Source: Macrostomum lignano (Eukaryota). Taken from it: a DNA stretch of 64,000 bases. The translations under genes and the position numbers were made by a program. Every line of letters starts with the position of its first letter. Within the stretch, counting starts at the first letter, position 1. The stretch lies in assembly GCA_002269645.1 (NCBI GenBank), contig NIVC01001709.1:183234-247233 (forward strand). The letters run 5' to 3'. Of the stretch, positions 12,971 to 24,757 are shown piece after piece. Below the pieces are notes generated by a model that ran no database searches, had not been told where the DNA came from, and saw only the letters and a list, made by a program, of their open reading frames with translations.

Positions 12971-13489
12971 AGCCAAGTTTCGAAGGTCCACTCTCAAGAG
13001 TTCCATCCTACAAGCCCCTTCTTGGCGCGCTTCTCAACCCCCATTTTTCATCTGCATTGACTTTTCAATTTTTGCCCAATGTCAATGGGCAAACATACGC
13101 ATGCAAGAAGTCTCTGCAGTTTCCAAAAGGTTGCCGCTTCATTTCCCCTCTCATAGCGGCTGCTCCCAGTCCCCCCTGCTGCCCAATTTTGTGTCTCCTC
13201 GTCATTGTCCAGACGGGGCTGTCTCGGGTCGGATTCAGGGGCCTGGCGGCTGCTGGCAACCCGAGATGCCGAGCCAGAGGGGGGGGCTGCATAGCCTGTT
13301 CAGTTCTCACTGGGATTCGGGAATAAGGATGAGAAAGTTATTGACACTGTAGTTGAGTTCAGATGCACCTCTTCTCACTTGTACCCCCTGTCTGACACAT
13401 CTTTGCTCGACAAATTTCTCTCCCTTCTGTCTGCTCCCCTCTACTTCTCCTGTCTCATTTATTTCGAACTTATAGCTCCCACAATAACC

Positions 13490-13735
13490 TCCATCCTATA
13501 CCCTCTCCTCTCCAACCTGTACCCTCCTCTCCATCCTATACCCTCTCCTCTCCAACCTGTACCCTCCTCTCCATCCTATACCCTCTCCTCTCCCTCATAT
13601 ACCCTCTTGTCTCCATCCTATACCCTCTCCTCTCCCTCATATACCCTCTTGTCTCCATCCTATACCCTCTCTTCTCCCTCCTATACCCTCTTGTCTCCAT
13701 CCTATACCCTCTTTTCTCCATCTTATACCCTCTTC
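13490..13735. repeat. Degenerate 21-bp pyrimidine-rich repeat (CCTATACCCTCTCCTCTCCAT)
   Basis: Units read directly. Confidence 0.8.
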
Positions 13736-14436
13736 TGCAATCAGCCCCCTTTTTGATACCCTCTGCTACCCTCTACCTCTCCAACCTACGCTCTTTTCTG
13801 CCCTTCCTCTACCTCCTCAATAATCTTTTTTTAATCCTTTTCTTTCTTTCACTTCGTGCTTCAAAAGACTTAATCGCAGCTCCAAAATGGAATTTTTCAG
13901 CTTCAAAATTTGCCCTACAATTTTACACTAACAAACAGGCCACTTTGAAACGCTATCTTTAATGGGAAATACTGTCTCAAACGGGAATGTAGTCAAGCAG
14001 CCTTCTGAGATGGGATTTAATCTATCTCGATAAGCTGAGCCTCGACCAAGGCTGCCTGTTTCTTCCATTCCTCCCCCCTACAAAGCCAGTGTTTGCAGAT
14101 CGGGACACGGCGATGGCCAGACCAGGAGATCCGTGATGCCGCATTCCAGCCTCCCTCGGTTGCTCTCTGCCTCTCTCTAATCCCGGAGCGATTACGCACC
14201 AGCGGCCTGTTTGCTGTGCATTTTAAGGCCTCTTTATTTCCCGCGCCCAGCTACTACTGAGCTCAAACCTGACGGTCCGCAGTGATTTTATGGCCGTTTA
14301 CTATTATTTCTCCATCTTTGCTATCTGCTTCCTTTGCGCGGGAGGCTGGCTTGAAGGAACGACTCCGCTCAATGTACAGACAGTATCGGTGTACTTTTAT
14401 ATAAACATTCTTAACCGAAGCGTAAATAAATACAAG

Positions 14437-15633
14437 CAGGCGTGTCGCCACCGGGGGGGACAGGGGGGACATGTCCCCCCCAAGTAAAAGCTACGGGGGG
14501 ACATGCCAATGCTTTGTCCCCCCGCACCCCACCTTGACTCGTTGTGGTAATCAATAATTATCCTTTCAGGGCGCCAAAATGAGTGCCTGCGGCGCTAAAA
14601 TGAGTGCTTGCGGCGCTAAAATGAGTGCTTGCGGCGCAAAAATGAGTGCTTGCGGCGCTAAAATGAGTGCTTGCGGCGCAAAATGAGTGCTTGCGGCGCA
14701 AAAATGAGTGCTTGCGGCGCTAAAATGAGTGCTTGCGGCGCAAAAATGAGTGCTTGCGGCGCTAAATGAGTGCCTGCGGCGCAAAAATGAGTGCTTGCGG
14801 CGCCAAAATGAGTGCTTGCGGCGCTAAAATGAGTGCTTGCGGCGCCAAAATGAGTGCTTGCGGCGCTAAAATGAGTGCTTGCGGCGCTAAAATGAGTGCT
14901 TGCGGCGCAAAAATGAGTGCTTGCGGCGCTAAAATGAGTGCTTGCGGCGCAAAAATGAGTGCTTGCGGCGCCAAAATGAGTGCTTGCGGCGCCAAAATGA
15001 GTGCTTGCGGCGCTAAATGAGTGCTTGCGGCGCTAAATGAGTGCCTGCGGCGCAAAAATGAGTGCTTGCGGCGCCAAAATGAGTGCTTGCGGCGCTAAAA
15101 TGAGTGCCTGCAGCGCCAAGATGAGTGCCTGCGGCGCAAAAATGAGTGCTTGCGGCGCTAAAATGAGTGCTTGCGGCGCCAAAATGAGTGCTTGCGGCGC
15201 TAAATGAGTGCTTGCGGCGCTAAATGAGTGCTTGCGGCGCTAAATGAGTGCTTGCGGCGAAAAAATGAGTGCTTGCGGCGCTAAAATGAGTGCTTGCGGC
15301 GCTAAAATGAGTGCCTGCGGCGCTAAATGAGTGCTTGCGGCGCTAAATGAGTGCTTGCGGCGCTAAATGAGTGCCTGCGGTGGCGCCAAAAGAGTGCCTT
15401 CGGCGCCAAAATGAGTGCCTGTGGCGCTAAAAGGAGTGCTTGCGGCGCCAAAATGAGTGCCTATGGCACCAAAATGAGTGCTTGCGGCGCCAAAATGAGT
15501 GCCTGAGGCACCAAAATGAGCGCTGACGACACGATTCTCAAAATAATGGACATGTAGGAATTTAGTCATGTACATGCACATGTTGAATTCTTGGCTTTGT
15601 CGCCCCACCATAAAATCCATGGCGACACCCCTG
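14437..15633. mobile_element. Non-autonomous hAT-like DNA element carrying an internal minisatellite
   Basis: 14-bp TIRs CAGGCGTGTCGCCA (14437-14450) and TGGCGACACCCCTG (15620-15633), 13/14 match. Flanking 8-mers AATACAAG / CACACAAG (6/8). Subterminal GGGGGGACATGTCCCCCC palindrome. Confidence 0.72.
14567..15515. repeat. 21-bp minisatellite (GGCGCTAAAATGAGTGCTTGC)n
   Basis: About 45 tandem copies inside the TIR element. Confidence 0.95.
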
Positions 15634-15974
15634 CACACAAGAGTGCAAAATCAATATTTGCAGGCCTGTGCACCCCCTGTTTCAACGCCTTCACTGATAT
15701 CGTCTAACGCAACCAGCTGAGAGTTTGAGATGTTTAAGGGTAAAAGAGAAAATGCAATGCTGAATGGATCCTGTGAAGTGAACAGTAATTAACTTTACGC
15801 CAGTAAGCCTGCATGAATAATGATCAGGCCGCGTATGATTAGGGAATAATCTTCTTTTGTAGCGAGCGAATATCTGCACAAATTTGCTCAGAGAACTTAC
15901 AGAACTTCATTAACTGAGGCATTGATAAGACCTTGCAGACAGTGCGGGTATCAGAGGGACATGGCGCATTGGAG

Positions 15975-18640
15975 CAGGGAGAATCTGAAGGTGACAGCTG
16001 AGGGTGCTAGGGAGAATCTGAAGGTGACAGCTGAGGGTGCTAGGGAGAATCTGAAGGTGACAGATGAGGGTGCTAGGGAGAATCTGAAGGTGACAGCTGA
16101 GGGTGCTAGGGAGAATCTGAAGGTGACAGATGAGGGTGCTAGGGAGAATCTGAAGGTGACAGCTGAGGGTGCTAGGGAGAATCAGAGTTGACAGCTGGGG
16201 ATGCTAGGGAGAATCTGAAGGTGACAGCTGAGGGTGCTAGGGAGAATCTGAAGGTGACAGCTGAGGGTGCTAGGGAGAATCTGAAGGTGACAGCTGAGGG
16301 TGCTAGCGAGAATCTGAAGGTGACAGATGAGGGTGCTAGGGAGAATCTGAAGGTGACAGCTGAGGGTGCTAGGGAGAATCTGAAGGTGACAGATGAGGGT
16401 GCTAGGGAGAATCTGAAGGTGACAGCTGAGGGTGCTAGGGAGAATCTGAAGGTGACAGATGAGGGTGCTAGGGAGAATCTGAAGGTGACAGCTGAGGGTG
16501 CTAGGGAGAATCAGAGTTGACAGCTGGGGATGCTAGGGAGAATCTGAAGGTGACAGCTGAGGGTGCTAGGGAGAATCTGAAGGTGACAGCTGAGGGTGCT
16601 AGGGAGAATCTGAAGGTGACAGCTGAGGGTGCTAGGGAGAATCTGAAGGTGACAGCTGAGGGTGCTAGGGAGAATCTGAAGGTGACAGATGACGGTGCTA
16701 GGGAGAATCTGAAGGTGACAGCTGAGGGTGCTAGGGAGAATCTGAAGGTTACAGCTGAGGGTGCTAGGGGAATCTGAAGGTTACAGCTGAGGGTGCTAGG
16801 GAGAATCTGAAGGTGACAGCTGAGGGTGCTAGGGAGAATCTGAAGGTGACAGCTGACGGTGCTAGGGAGAATCTGAAGGTGACAGCTGAGGGTGCTAGGG
16901 AGAATCTGAAGGTGACAGCTGGGGATGCTAGGGAGAATCAGAGTTGACAGCTGGGGATGCTAGGGAGAATCAGAGTTGACAGCTGGGGGTGCTAGGGAGA
17001 ATCAGAGTTGACAGCTGGGGATGCTAGGGAGAATCAGAGTTGACAGCTGGGGGTGCTAGGGAGAATCAGAGTTGACAGCTGGGGATGCTAGGGAGAATCT
17101 GAAGGTGACAGCTGAGGGTGCTAGGGAGAATCAGAGTTGACAGCTGGGGATGCTAGGGAGAATCTGAAGGTGACAGCTGAGGGTGCTAGGGAGAATCTGA
17201 AGGTGACAGCTGAGGGTGCTAGGGAGAATCTGAAGGTGACAGCTGAGGGTGCTAGGGAGAATCTGAAGGTGACAGCTGAGGGTGCTAGGGAGAATCTGAA
17301 GGTGACAGCTGAGGGTGCTAGGGAGAATCTGAAGGTTATAGCTGAGGGTGCTAGGGAAAAGCTGAAGGTGACAGCTGAGGGTGCTAGGGAGAATCTGAAG
17401 GTTACAGCTGAGGGTGCTAGGGGAATCTGAAGGTTACAGCTGAGGGTGCTAGGGAGAATCTGAAGGTGACAGCTGAGGGTGCTAGGGAGAATCTGAAGGT
17501 GACAGCTGACGGTGCTAGGGAGAATCTGAAGGTGACAGCTGAGGGTGCTAGGGAGAATCTGAAGGTGACAGCTGGGGATGCTAGGGAGAATCAGAGTTGA
17601 CAGCTGGGGATGCTAGGGAGAATCAGAGTTGACAGCTGGGGGTGCTAGGGAGAATCAGAGTTGACAGCTGGGGATGCTAGGGAGAATCAGAGTTGACAGC
17701 TGGGGGTGCTAGGGAGAATCTGAAGGTGACAGCTGAGGGTGCTAGGGAGAATCTGAAGGTGACAGCTGAGGGTGCTAGGGAGAATCAGAGTTGACAGCTG
17801 AGGGTGCTAGGGAGAATCTGAAGGTGACAGCTGAGGGTGCTAGGGAGAATCTGAAGGTGACAGCTGAGGGTGCTAGGGAGAATCTGAAGGTGACAGCTGA
17901 GGGTGCTAGGGAGAATCTGAAGGTGACAGCTGAGGGTGCTAGGGAGAATCTGAAGGTTACAGCTGAGGGTGCTAGGGAGAATCTGAAGGTGACAGCTGAG
18001 GGTGCTAGGGAGAATCTGAAGGTGACAGCTGACGGTGCTAGGGAGAATCTGAAGGTGACAGCTGAGGGTGCTAGGGAGAATCTGAAGGTGACAGCTGGGG
18101 ATGCTAGGGAGAATCAGAGTTGACAGCTGGGGATGCTAGGGAGAATCAGAGTTGACAGCTGGGGATGCTAGGGAGAATCAGAGTTGACAGCTGGGGGTGC
18201 TAGGGAGAATCAGAGTTGACAGCTGGGGATGCTAGGGAGAATCAGAGTTGACAGCTGGGGGTGCTAGGGAGAATCAGAGTTGACAGCTGGGGATGCTAGG
18301 GAGAATCAGAGTTGACAGCTGGGGGTGCTAGGGAGAATCAGAGTTGACAGCTGGGGATGCTAGGGAGAATCAGAGTTGACAGCTGGGGATGCTAGGGAGA
18401 ATCAGAGTTGACAGCTGGGGATGCTAGGGAGAATCAGAGTTGACAGCTGGGGGTGCTAGGGAGAATCAGAGTTGACAGCTGAGGGTGCTAGGGAGAATCT
18501 GAAGGTGACAGCTGGGGATGCTAGGGAGAATCTGAAGGTGACAGCTGAGGGTGCTAGGGAGAATCTGAAGGTGACAGCTGAGGGTGCTAGGGAGAATCTG
18601 AAGGTTATAGCTGAGGGTGCTAGGGAAAAGCTGAAGGTGA
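15975..18640. repeat. 33-bp / 32-bp minisatellite (GAGAATCTGAAGGTGACAGCTGAGGGTGCTAGG / GAGAATCAGAGTTGACAGCTGGGGATGCTAGG)
   Basis: Units read directly; explains the ENLKVTAEGAR ORFs. Confidence 0.96.
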
Positions 18641-18804
18641 CATCCGGGAGAAGGGACGCCAGAAAAATGAAGACTTTGCTTACTTACTAATTTTTATCAA
18701 CTTGAAGCAGCTATTCTACATAAAATATTATAATAGTCTTTTACCGTTGCCATCAAACAAATCACGATATCAATGCGCGTACACAGGGTAAAATTTATTA
18801 TTTT

Positions 18805-19092
18805 TTATTGATTACACCTTCCCTTAATGGCCAGATGTGCAACCGACAGCTCAGCCACAGCTATTGCGCGGTGCATCTGAAGGCTGCGTACGGCTGTTCA
18901 GTCCAAAGACTGGGGGGGGGGTCGCCTCACACACCCTAATGCTGGCACCCATTTTACAGGTGGGTGAACTGAAGCAATGCAGAGTTAATTGTCTTGCTCA
19001 AGGACACAAATTGTTCCGAGGGGGATCGGGACTCGAACCCCCGACCTTCAAGTCATGAGTCCGACGCTCTAACCACTAGGCTGCAACCCCTC
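18805..19092 (-). mobile_element. tRNA-derived SINE family 2 with CORE/Nin-like central domain
   Basis: Reverse complement: A-box AGCCTAGTGGTT, B-box GGTTCGAGTCC, then TGTGTCCTTGAGCAAGACAATTAAC..CACCCACCTGTAAAATGGG, ending in an A-rich tail. Confidence 0.8.
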
Positions 19093-19183
19093 TAGGCTAA
19101 AAGATAGAAAAAAATTGAATCTGCCGCGACAGACAGCAAAACGCGAGGACTCATGTTTTCAAGCGTGTCGTGTGTGATTTAAG

Positions 19184-19211
19184 TATAATAATAATAATAA
19201 TAATAATAATA
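19184..19211. repeat. (ATA)n microsatellite
   Basis: Read directly. Confidence 0.9.
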
Positions 19212-19213
19212 TA

Positions 19214-19219
19214 TTTATT
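19214..19219 (-). promoter_or_regulatory. Candidate AATAAA polyadenylation signal for MASK (~1.3 kb 3' UTR)
   Basis: TTTATT on + strand downstream of the stop at 20513; motif only. Confidence 0.3.
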
Positions 19220-20512
19220 ATTTAAAAGCGCTTATCTACCAGCAAAAGATGTTAAACTGTTTGTTAATAATTTTAATAACGGCGGATTGCAGACTGAGGG
19301 GAGGAGGGAGAAGGCAGCAGCAGCAGCAGCAGCAGGTGGTCTGCAGTACGCGATGCGGGCTAATTATATTAAGGAGCACGGATAGAGAAAGAAAGTGAAA
19401 ATAAAACTTTCCAAATTACACAAACGAATAATAATTAATCAATTTTTAATAAGCAGGCCATGCGTTCTGGCAATGCAAAAGACACACAGAAAGGCTGCAC
19501 TTCCAAGCAATGAATAATTAATAGCATTATAGTTAGTAATTGACAAAAAACGACAATGGGAGACAACGGCTCAGGTTAAGGCCAATACTAATTAAAATAT
19601 TTAAAGGTAACTATTCTTAATAACGCTAGTCAAATTGCTTCACCCGGCAGAAGAATGGATGCGCTGATTATAGCAAAATAATCGACAGTAATGACAGCTA
19701 TAACTAAAATTGGGGGGGGGGGTGAAAGTCCGGTAAATATAGCTATTATATATAAGACTCGAGAGCCAAGCGGAAGCCGGGTGAGTTCCCCCCTACTAGG
19801 CAGTAGTCAGGTCAGGTTTCTCATTTCGGATTAATTCCACCCGGCAACCGCATAGCAACGCGAGGAGAGGGTATAAGAAAGAGAGAGAGAAAAATTAAAA
19901 AAACTAAAAGTGAAGCTACAGAGCACATGCGTCAGTTGAAATCAGTAATTAAAACAATGATTAATAAACAGGCCGGTACACATCATATTTACTCCTACTA
20001 AAAGTTAATAGGCGAGGTCCAACAAGCTGGTCAAGCCGAATTTAGCCTGCAAGAAGAAAATGTAATAATCGGAGTCAATTGCAGCAACAGATACGGAAAT
20101 AGAAGCACAGACTCAATCAGAGAACACTGCTCACTTATTTGGGGGGTGAACGGGCACACAAACGGGCAGTGGCTACACTACGCACTAGAAAAAGTTTTCA
20201 ATCAAAGATGAGCGCAAAAAATGTTAATTACTTTCCTTAAAAAAATAATAACGCAGCTGGATGCATACAGAGGACAGCAGTGTGCGAGCAGTGCAAGCAT
20301 TTGGGGGGGGGGCAGTGGGGAGCTCGGGCCAATACCGGGACAAGGCAGTGTGAAATATAATATGTATATATATATGGAGCATAGCATTGCATAAGTTCGG
20401 CAGAAAATATTAACCAACGAGTTTTAAATTTTGGTCGCGCCATCGTCACACACGAAGAATTTTAGAATCAAGCGATGCAGTAGGGAGGAGGAAGCTGATC
20501 AAATCGGGCAAG

Positions 20513-23500
20513 TCAGTGGCCGCCGTCTTGGCCGCCGCCAACCGCCCAGTGGTTGGTCCAGGGCACGCCTGACAGGCCTGAGGACCAGGGCGTGTAGGCA
20601 GCCGGGGCGGCGCACTGCGGATTGCCGAACTGCGGCTGCTGCTGATGCTGTTGCAGCTGCTGATGCGGCATCTGCTGCTGCTGATTGTGATGATACAGCG
20701 GATGCTGCAGCGGCAGCGGAGGCGGCGGCTGCATTAACAGCGGCGGCGGCGGCGGCGGCATCATATGCTGGTGATGAGGAGGAAAGAAAGGCGGCTGATG
20801 ATGCTGCTGCGGCTGCTGCTGCTTCTGTTGATAACTGAGCTGGAAGCTGTCGCTTGGGAACACCGAGGCGACGGCGGCGGGATGCTCGGCGGAGCTGACT
20901 GCGGCAGCCATTGAGGCGGCCGGGGACGGCAATGTAGCCGGCTGCGGCGCCACGTGCTGGCGAGAGACGCCGGCCCAGCGGCGCTCGGCTCCGATTGGCG
21001 GCGGATTCTGCGACGGACTCGGCGCGCTTTCAGCCGATGAGGCCGACTGCGGCTGCTGCGGCTGCATCGGCGGCTGATGCGGCTGCTGCGACATCAGTGG
21101 CGGCGGCGGCGGCTGGCCGGGACTGACCGTCAGAGGCATTTTGGTGAGCTCAGACTGCTGATACAGTTGATGATTCGGCGGCTGCTGATAGTGATGATGC
21201 TGAGCCGGCTGCTGCAGACCCGGCGGCGGCCTGTGCGAGCCCGGAGCCTTCGGGAAGCTGGCCGGGCTGCCTACAGCGCCGAGTAGCTCCGGATGCTGAG
21301 CAGACGGTGGCGACGGCATTGTTGGCATCAGAGTCTGTGAAGGCGGCTGCTGCTGCTGTGACGATGGCGCTGGAGCTGGCGGCGGCTGCTGCTGCTGCGG
21401 CTTCGGCGAGGACAGTTCAGCTGTCGTTACTGCAGCTGACGATGAAGTCTCGCCGGCCGCTGACGATCCGTTGTTGGCGGGCATCGCCGATGCGTTCGAA
21501 ACAACGCCAGCGGCTGCCACTGAGGCGAAGTTGCCAACGGAGCCCAGGGAGGCGGGCGGGATGCCGTACAGTGTGGGGCCGCCAGAGGTCAGGATGGACA
21601 GCGGAGCGGACACGGAGGCTGCGGCATTTGATGATGTGGCAGTCGGCGCTGGCACGGCGGGCGCGGCGGTGGCTGCAGCAACTGCGGCTGGAGCGTGCGG
21701 CTGCGGATTGTTCTGCAGGATCGGCAGTGGCCGACGGCCGCCGGCGGAGGAAGCCGCAGCCGGCACCGCATTGCCGGCGGAAGGCGACGGAACGGCGCAG
21801 CCGAGACCGCCGCCGCCGTGCGAGCTCTGGCTGTGCGAGCGCTGCGAGCTGCCACCGGAGCTGCCGCCGAAACCCTGGATGAGCGACGGCGGAGGATCCG
21901 GGTGGTGAGGCTGCTGCTGCTGCTGCTGGTGATGATCCGCATGCGCGCTTCGACCACGGCCGGGCGATTTAGCGGCGACGGTAGCGGAGGAGGCAACAAT
22001 GGTAGAAGCAGTGCTAGATGATGCCGACGACGCTGACTGCTGCAGGCAAGGCGGCGCGGCGTGCCGCAGCACGGAGTCGATGAGCGACTTGGCCTTAGCG
22101 ACGGCCTCGGCTGAGCCGCGTATGTGAATTAGCCGTTCGCCTGAGGTCTGCGACGTCTCCGATTCGCGATTGTCGATATCGATGTGGGCGCCGCTGGTGG
22201 TCCGGATGGAATTGATGGTGGCGCCCTCGCGCCCGATAACCCGGCCGATGTCGCGCCGAGGCACCGAGATGGAGAGCCGCTTCGGCGTCACAGTCAGCCA
22301 GTCGTCAGGCAAGGCCAGCGAATGCTGCCCGGCGCCAGCGAATGAGGCTGAGGCGGCCGACGCCGTCGCAGCAGCGGAGCCAGCGGCAGCAGTGCCGGCT
22401 GAAATTGACGCTGAGCCTTGATGAGCCCGACGGCTCTGCTGCTGCTGCTGGTGGTGCACTTCGCCGTTCACCGGCTGCAGCGAGTCGGAGGCTTCAGCGA
22501 CGCTGTTGCCACCGCCGTTCCGACGACCGCCGGCTTTGCGTCGCTTAGACTGGAAAGTCTGAAAAGCGGCGGAGGAATTGCCGCTGGAGGAGTTGTTGGC
22601 CGAGGGCGGAGACGGCCCGGCGGCCGGCGGGGCGGGCGCGGAGGCTGCCTTGTTCGGCGTGGACTCCGCGATGACAGCGGCGGCTGGTGCGGAGCCTGTC
22701 GTCACGCCATTCTGCTGCTGTTCTTTCTTCCGGGAGGAGCGACTAGAAGCTGGTGCGGCGGCGGGAGGCGGGGCGACGGTGGGAGCAGATGAGGAATTTG
22801 CTGCGGTGGACGATGAAGACGAGACGATGGGTGCTGCTTTTCTGGCTGCGGCTGCTGGCGCGGGCGCTGCTTCAGTTGGCTGCTGCTGTTGCTGCTGCCG
22901 CTTCTCTGCTTTGCGGCCTCCAGCACGCTGCTTCGTTTGCGCTGGAGGCTGCGTTGCTGTCGGCGCTTGTGGAGGCTGCTGTTGCTGCTTTTGGGCAGCA
23001 GGAGAAGGAGCGGAAGGCGCTGGCGGCGCTGCGGCTGTTGCCTTGGAAGTCGGCGCTGCCGGTGTTGCCTTGGAAGTCGGCGCTGCCGCTGTTGCCTTGG
23101 AAGCCGGCGCTGCAGCCGCCTTGGCCCCTGTCGGTGCAGGTGCGGGCGCAGGCGTGGCCACGGGTTCGGGTTCAGGCGGTGGAGGCGAAGGCGACGGCCT
23201 CTGCGGCTCATCGGGCTGCGCTTTACCCGATTTGCTTTGCTTCTTCTGCTTCTTTCGCTCCCGCTTTCTGGCGAGAGCCTCAGCTTTGCGCTCCTCCTGC
23301 ACCTTCTCAGATTCCAGCTGCTGCAGCAGGCTGAAGGCGTGCTTGGCCGCTTCCGCAGCCTGCCGCTCCTTCGCACTGATGATAATGTCCATCGCAGTGG
23401 AGCAGCGGCGCTTCAGCTCCTTGTCAGTGACGGTCTGCACGTGGCGAAGGCAGTCGCTGTCGGCCGGGAACTGGGTGCACAGGCGGACAAGGCACTTCAC

Positions 23501-23917
23501 CACTTTCACGTGGCCCCGACGAAATGCGGCAACCAGGCAGCCGATGCGCCTGTTGTCCTCGGCGTTGGGATCGGCCTTGGCCTGCAGCAGCAGCTGGCAC
23601 ACCTCCAGGTGGCCATTGTGGCAGGCCAGCCAGAGCGAGGTGGCGCCTTTCTTGTTCCTGGCGTCAACGAAGGCGCCCCGCTCGAGCAGGAGCTGGACGA
23701 ACTTGGCGTGGCCCTTGTCCGCCGCGATGGTCAGCGCCGTGTCGCGGCTGGACGGCACGGGGGCGGCGTTCACGTCGGCACCTTTGTCCAGAAGGACGCG
23801 GGCCACGTCGGTGTAGCCGCCGCTGGCGCACTCCATCAGTGGCGTCAGGCCGCTCTTGGCTCGGTGCTCGATGTTGGCCCTGCGGTCCACCAGCTGCTGG
23901 ACAACCTCGCTGCGACC
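20513..23917 (-). CDS. ANKHD1/ANKRD17 (mask): MASK/ANKHD1-ANKRD17 last exon: final ankyrin repeats, coiled coil, KH domain, Q/P/A/S-rich tail
   Basis: Acceptor CAG|GGT at 23918/23917. Motifs: GRSEVVQQLVDRRANIEHRAKSGLTPLMECASGGY, VPSSRDTALTIAADKGH, NKKGATSLWLAC, KERQAAEAAKHA, KH SVPRRDIGRVIGREGATINSIRTTSGAHIDID. Stop at 20513. Confidence 0.95.
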   Translation of the reverse strand, partial: GRSEVVQQLVDRRANIEHRAKSGLTPLMECASGGYTDVARVLLDKGADVNAAPVPSSRDTALTIAADKGHAKFVQLLLERGAFVDARNKKGATSLWLACHNGHLEVCQLLLQAKADPNAEDNRRIGCLVAAFRRGHVKVVKCLVRLCTQFPADSDCLRHVQTVTDKELKRRCSTAMDIIISAKERQAAEAAKHAFSLLQQLESEKVQEERKAEALARKRERKKQKKQSKSGKAQPDEPQRPSPSPPPPEPEPVATPAPAPAPTGAKAAAAPASKATAAAPTSKATPAAPTSKATAAAPPAPSAPSPAAQKQQQQPPQAPTATQPPAQTKQRAGGRKAEKRQQQQQQPTEAAPAPAAAARKAAPIVSSSSSTAANSSSAPTVAPPPAAAPASSRSSRKKEQQQNGVTTGSAPAAAVIAESTPNKAASAPAPPAAGPSPPSANNSSSGNSSAAFQTFQSKRRKAGGRRNGGGNSVAEASDSLQPVNGEVHHQQQQQSRRAHQGSASISAGTAAAGSAAATASAASASFAGAGQHSLALPDDWLTVTPKRLSISVPRRDIGRVIGREGATINSIRTTSGAHIDIDNRESETSQTSGERLIHIRGSAEAVAKAKSLIDSVLRHAAPPCLQQSASSASSSTASTIVASSATVAAKSPGRGRSAHADHHQQQQQQPHHPDPPPSLIQGFGGSSGGSSQRSHSQSSHGGGGLGCAVPSPSAGNAVPAAASSAGGRRPLPILQNNPQPHAPAAVAAATAAPAVPAPTATSSNAAASVSAPLSILTSGGPTLYGIPPASLGSVGNFASVAAAGVVSNASAMPANNGSSAAGETSSSAAVTTAELSSPKPQQQQPPPAPAPSSQQQQPPSQTLMPTMPSPPSAQHPELLGAVGSPASFPKAPGSHRPPPGLQQPAQHHHYQQPPNHQLYQQSELTKMPLTVSPGQPPPPPLMSQQPHQPPMQPQQPQSASSAESAPSPSQNPPPIGAERRWAGVSRQHVAPQPATLPSPAASMAAAVSSAEHPAAVASVFPSDSFQLSYQQKQQQPQQHHQPPFFPPHHQHMMPPPPPPLLMQPPPPLPLQHPLYHHNQQQQMPHQQLQQHQQQPQFGNPQCAAPAAYTPWSSGLSGVPWTNHWAVGGGQDGGH

Positions 23918-24009
23918 CTGTGGCGTGGTTTGGGATAAGGGATCCGATGTGAGTTTATGCTGTGAGATCCTATCGCAATCTCTTGTGAGCAATGTGAACT
24001 TATCACACG

Positions 24010-24745
24010 ATCCGATGTGAGCACTGTGACCCAATCACACAATCTGATGTGAGCACTGTGACCCAATCACACAATCTGATGTGGGCACCGTGACCCAATC
24101 ACACAATCTGATGTGGGCTCCGTGACCCAATTACACAATCTGATGTGAGCACTGTGACCCAATCACACAATCTGATGTGAGCACTGTGACCCAATCACAC
24201 AATCTGATGTGAGCACTGTGACCCAATCACACAATCTGATGTGGGCACCGTGACCCAATTACACAATCTGATGTGAGCACTGTGACCCAATCACACAATC
24301 TGATGTGAGCACTGTGACCCAATCACACAATCTGATGTGATCACTGTGACCCAATCACACAATCTGATGTGAGCACTGTGACCCAATCACACAATCTGAT
24401 GTGATCGCTGTGACCCAATCACACAATCTGATGTGAGCACTGTGACCCAATCACACAATCTGATGTGATCACTGTGACCCAATCACACAATCTGATGTGG
24501 GCACCGTGACCCAATTACACAATCTGATGTGAGCACTGTGACCCAATCACACAATCTGATGTAAGCACTGTGACCCAATCACACAATCTGATGTGATCGC
24601 TGTGACCCAATCACACAATCTGATGTGATCACTGTGACCCAATCACACAATCTGATGTGAGCACTGTGACCCAATCACACAATCTGATGTGGGCACCGTG
24701 ACCCAATTACACAATCTGATGTGAGCACTGTGACCCAATCACCGT
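24010..24745. repeat. 32-bp intronic minisatellite (TGTGACCCAATCACACAATCTGATGTGAGCAC)n
   Basis: About 23 copies filling the intron. Confidence 0.95.
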
Positions 24746-24757
24746 GAGCAGTCTCAC

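Noticed and set aside
15922-18690. Repetitive ORFs (ENLKVTAEGAR)n
   Set aside because: They are by-products of a 33-bp satellite; frames break at each 32-bp unit, and there are no splice signals or unique coding flanks.
20431-23952. Multiple long + strand ORFs (up to 412 aa)
   Set aside because: Antisense shadows of the GC-rich MASK last exon.
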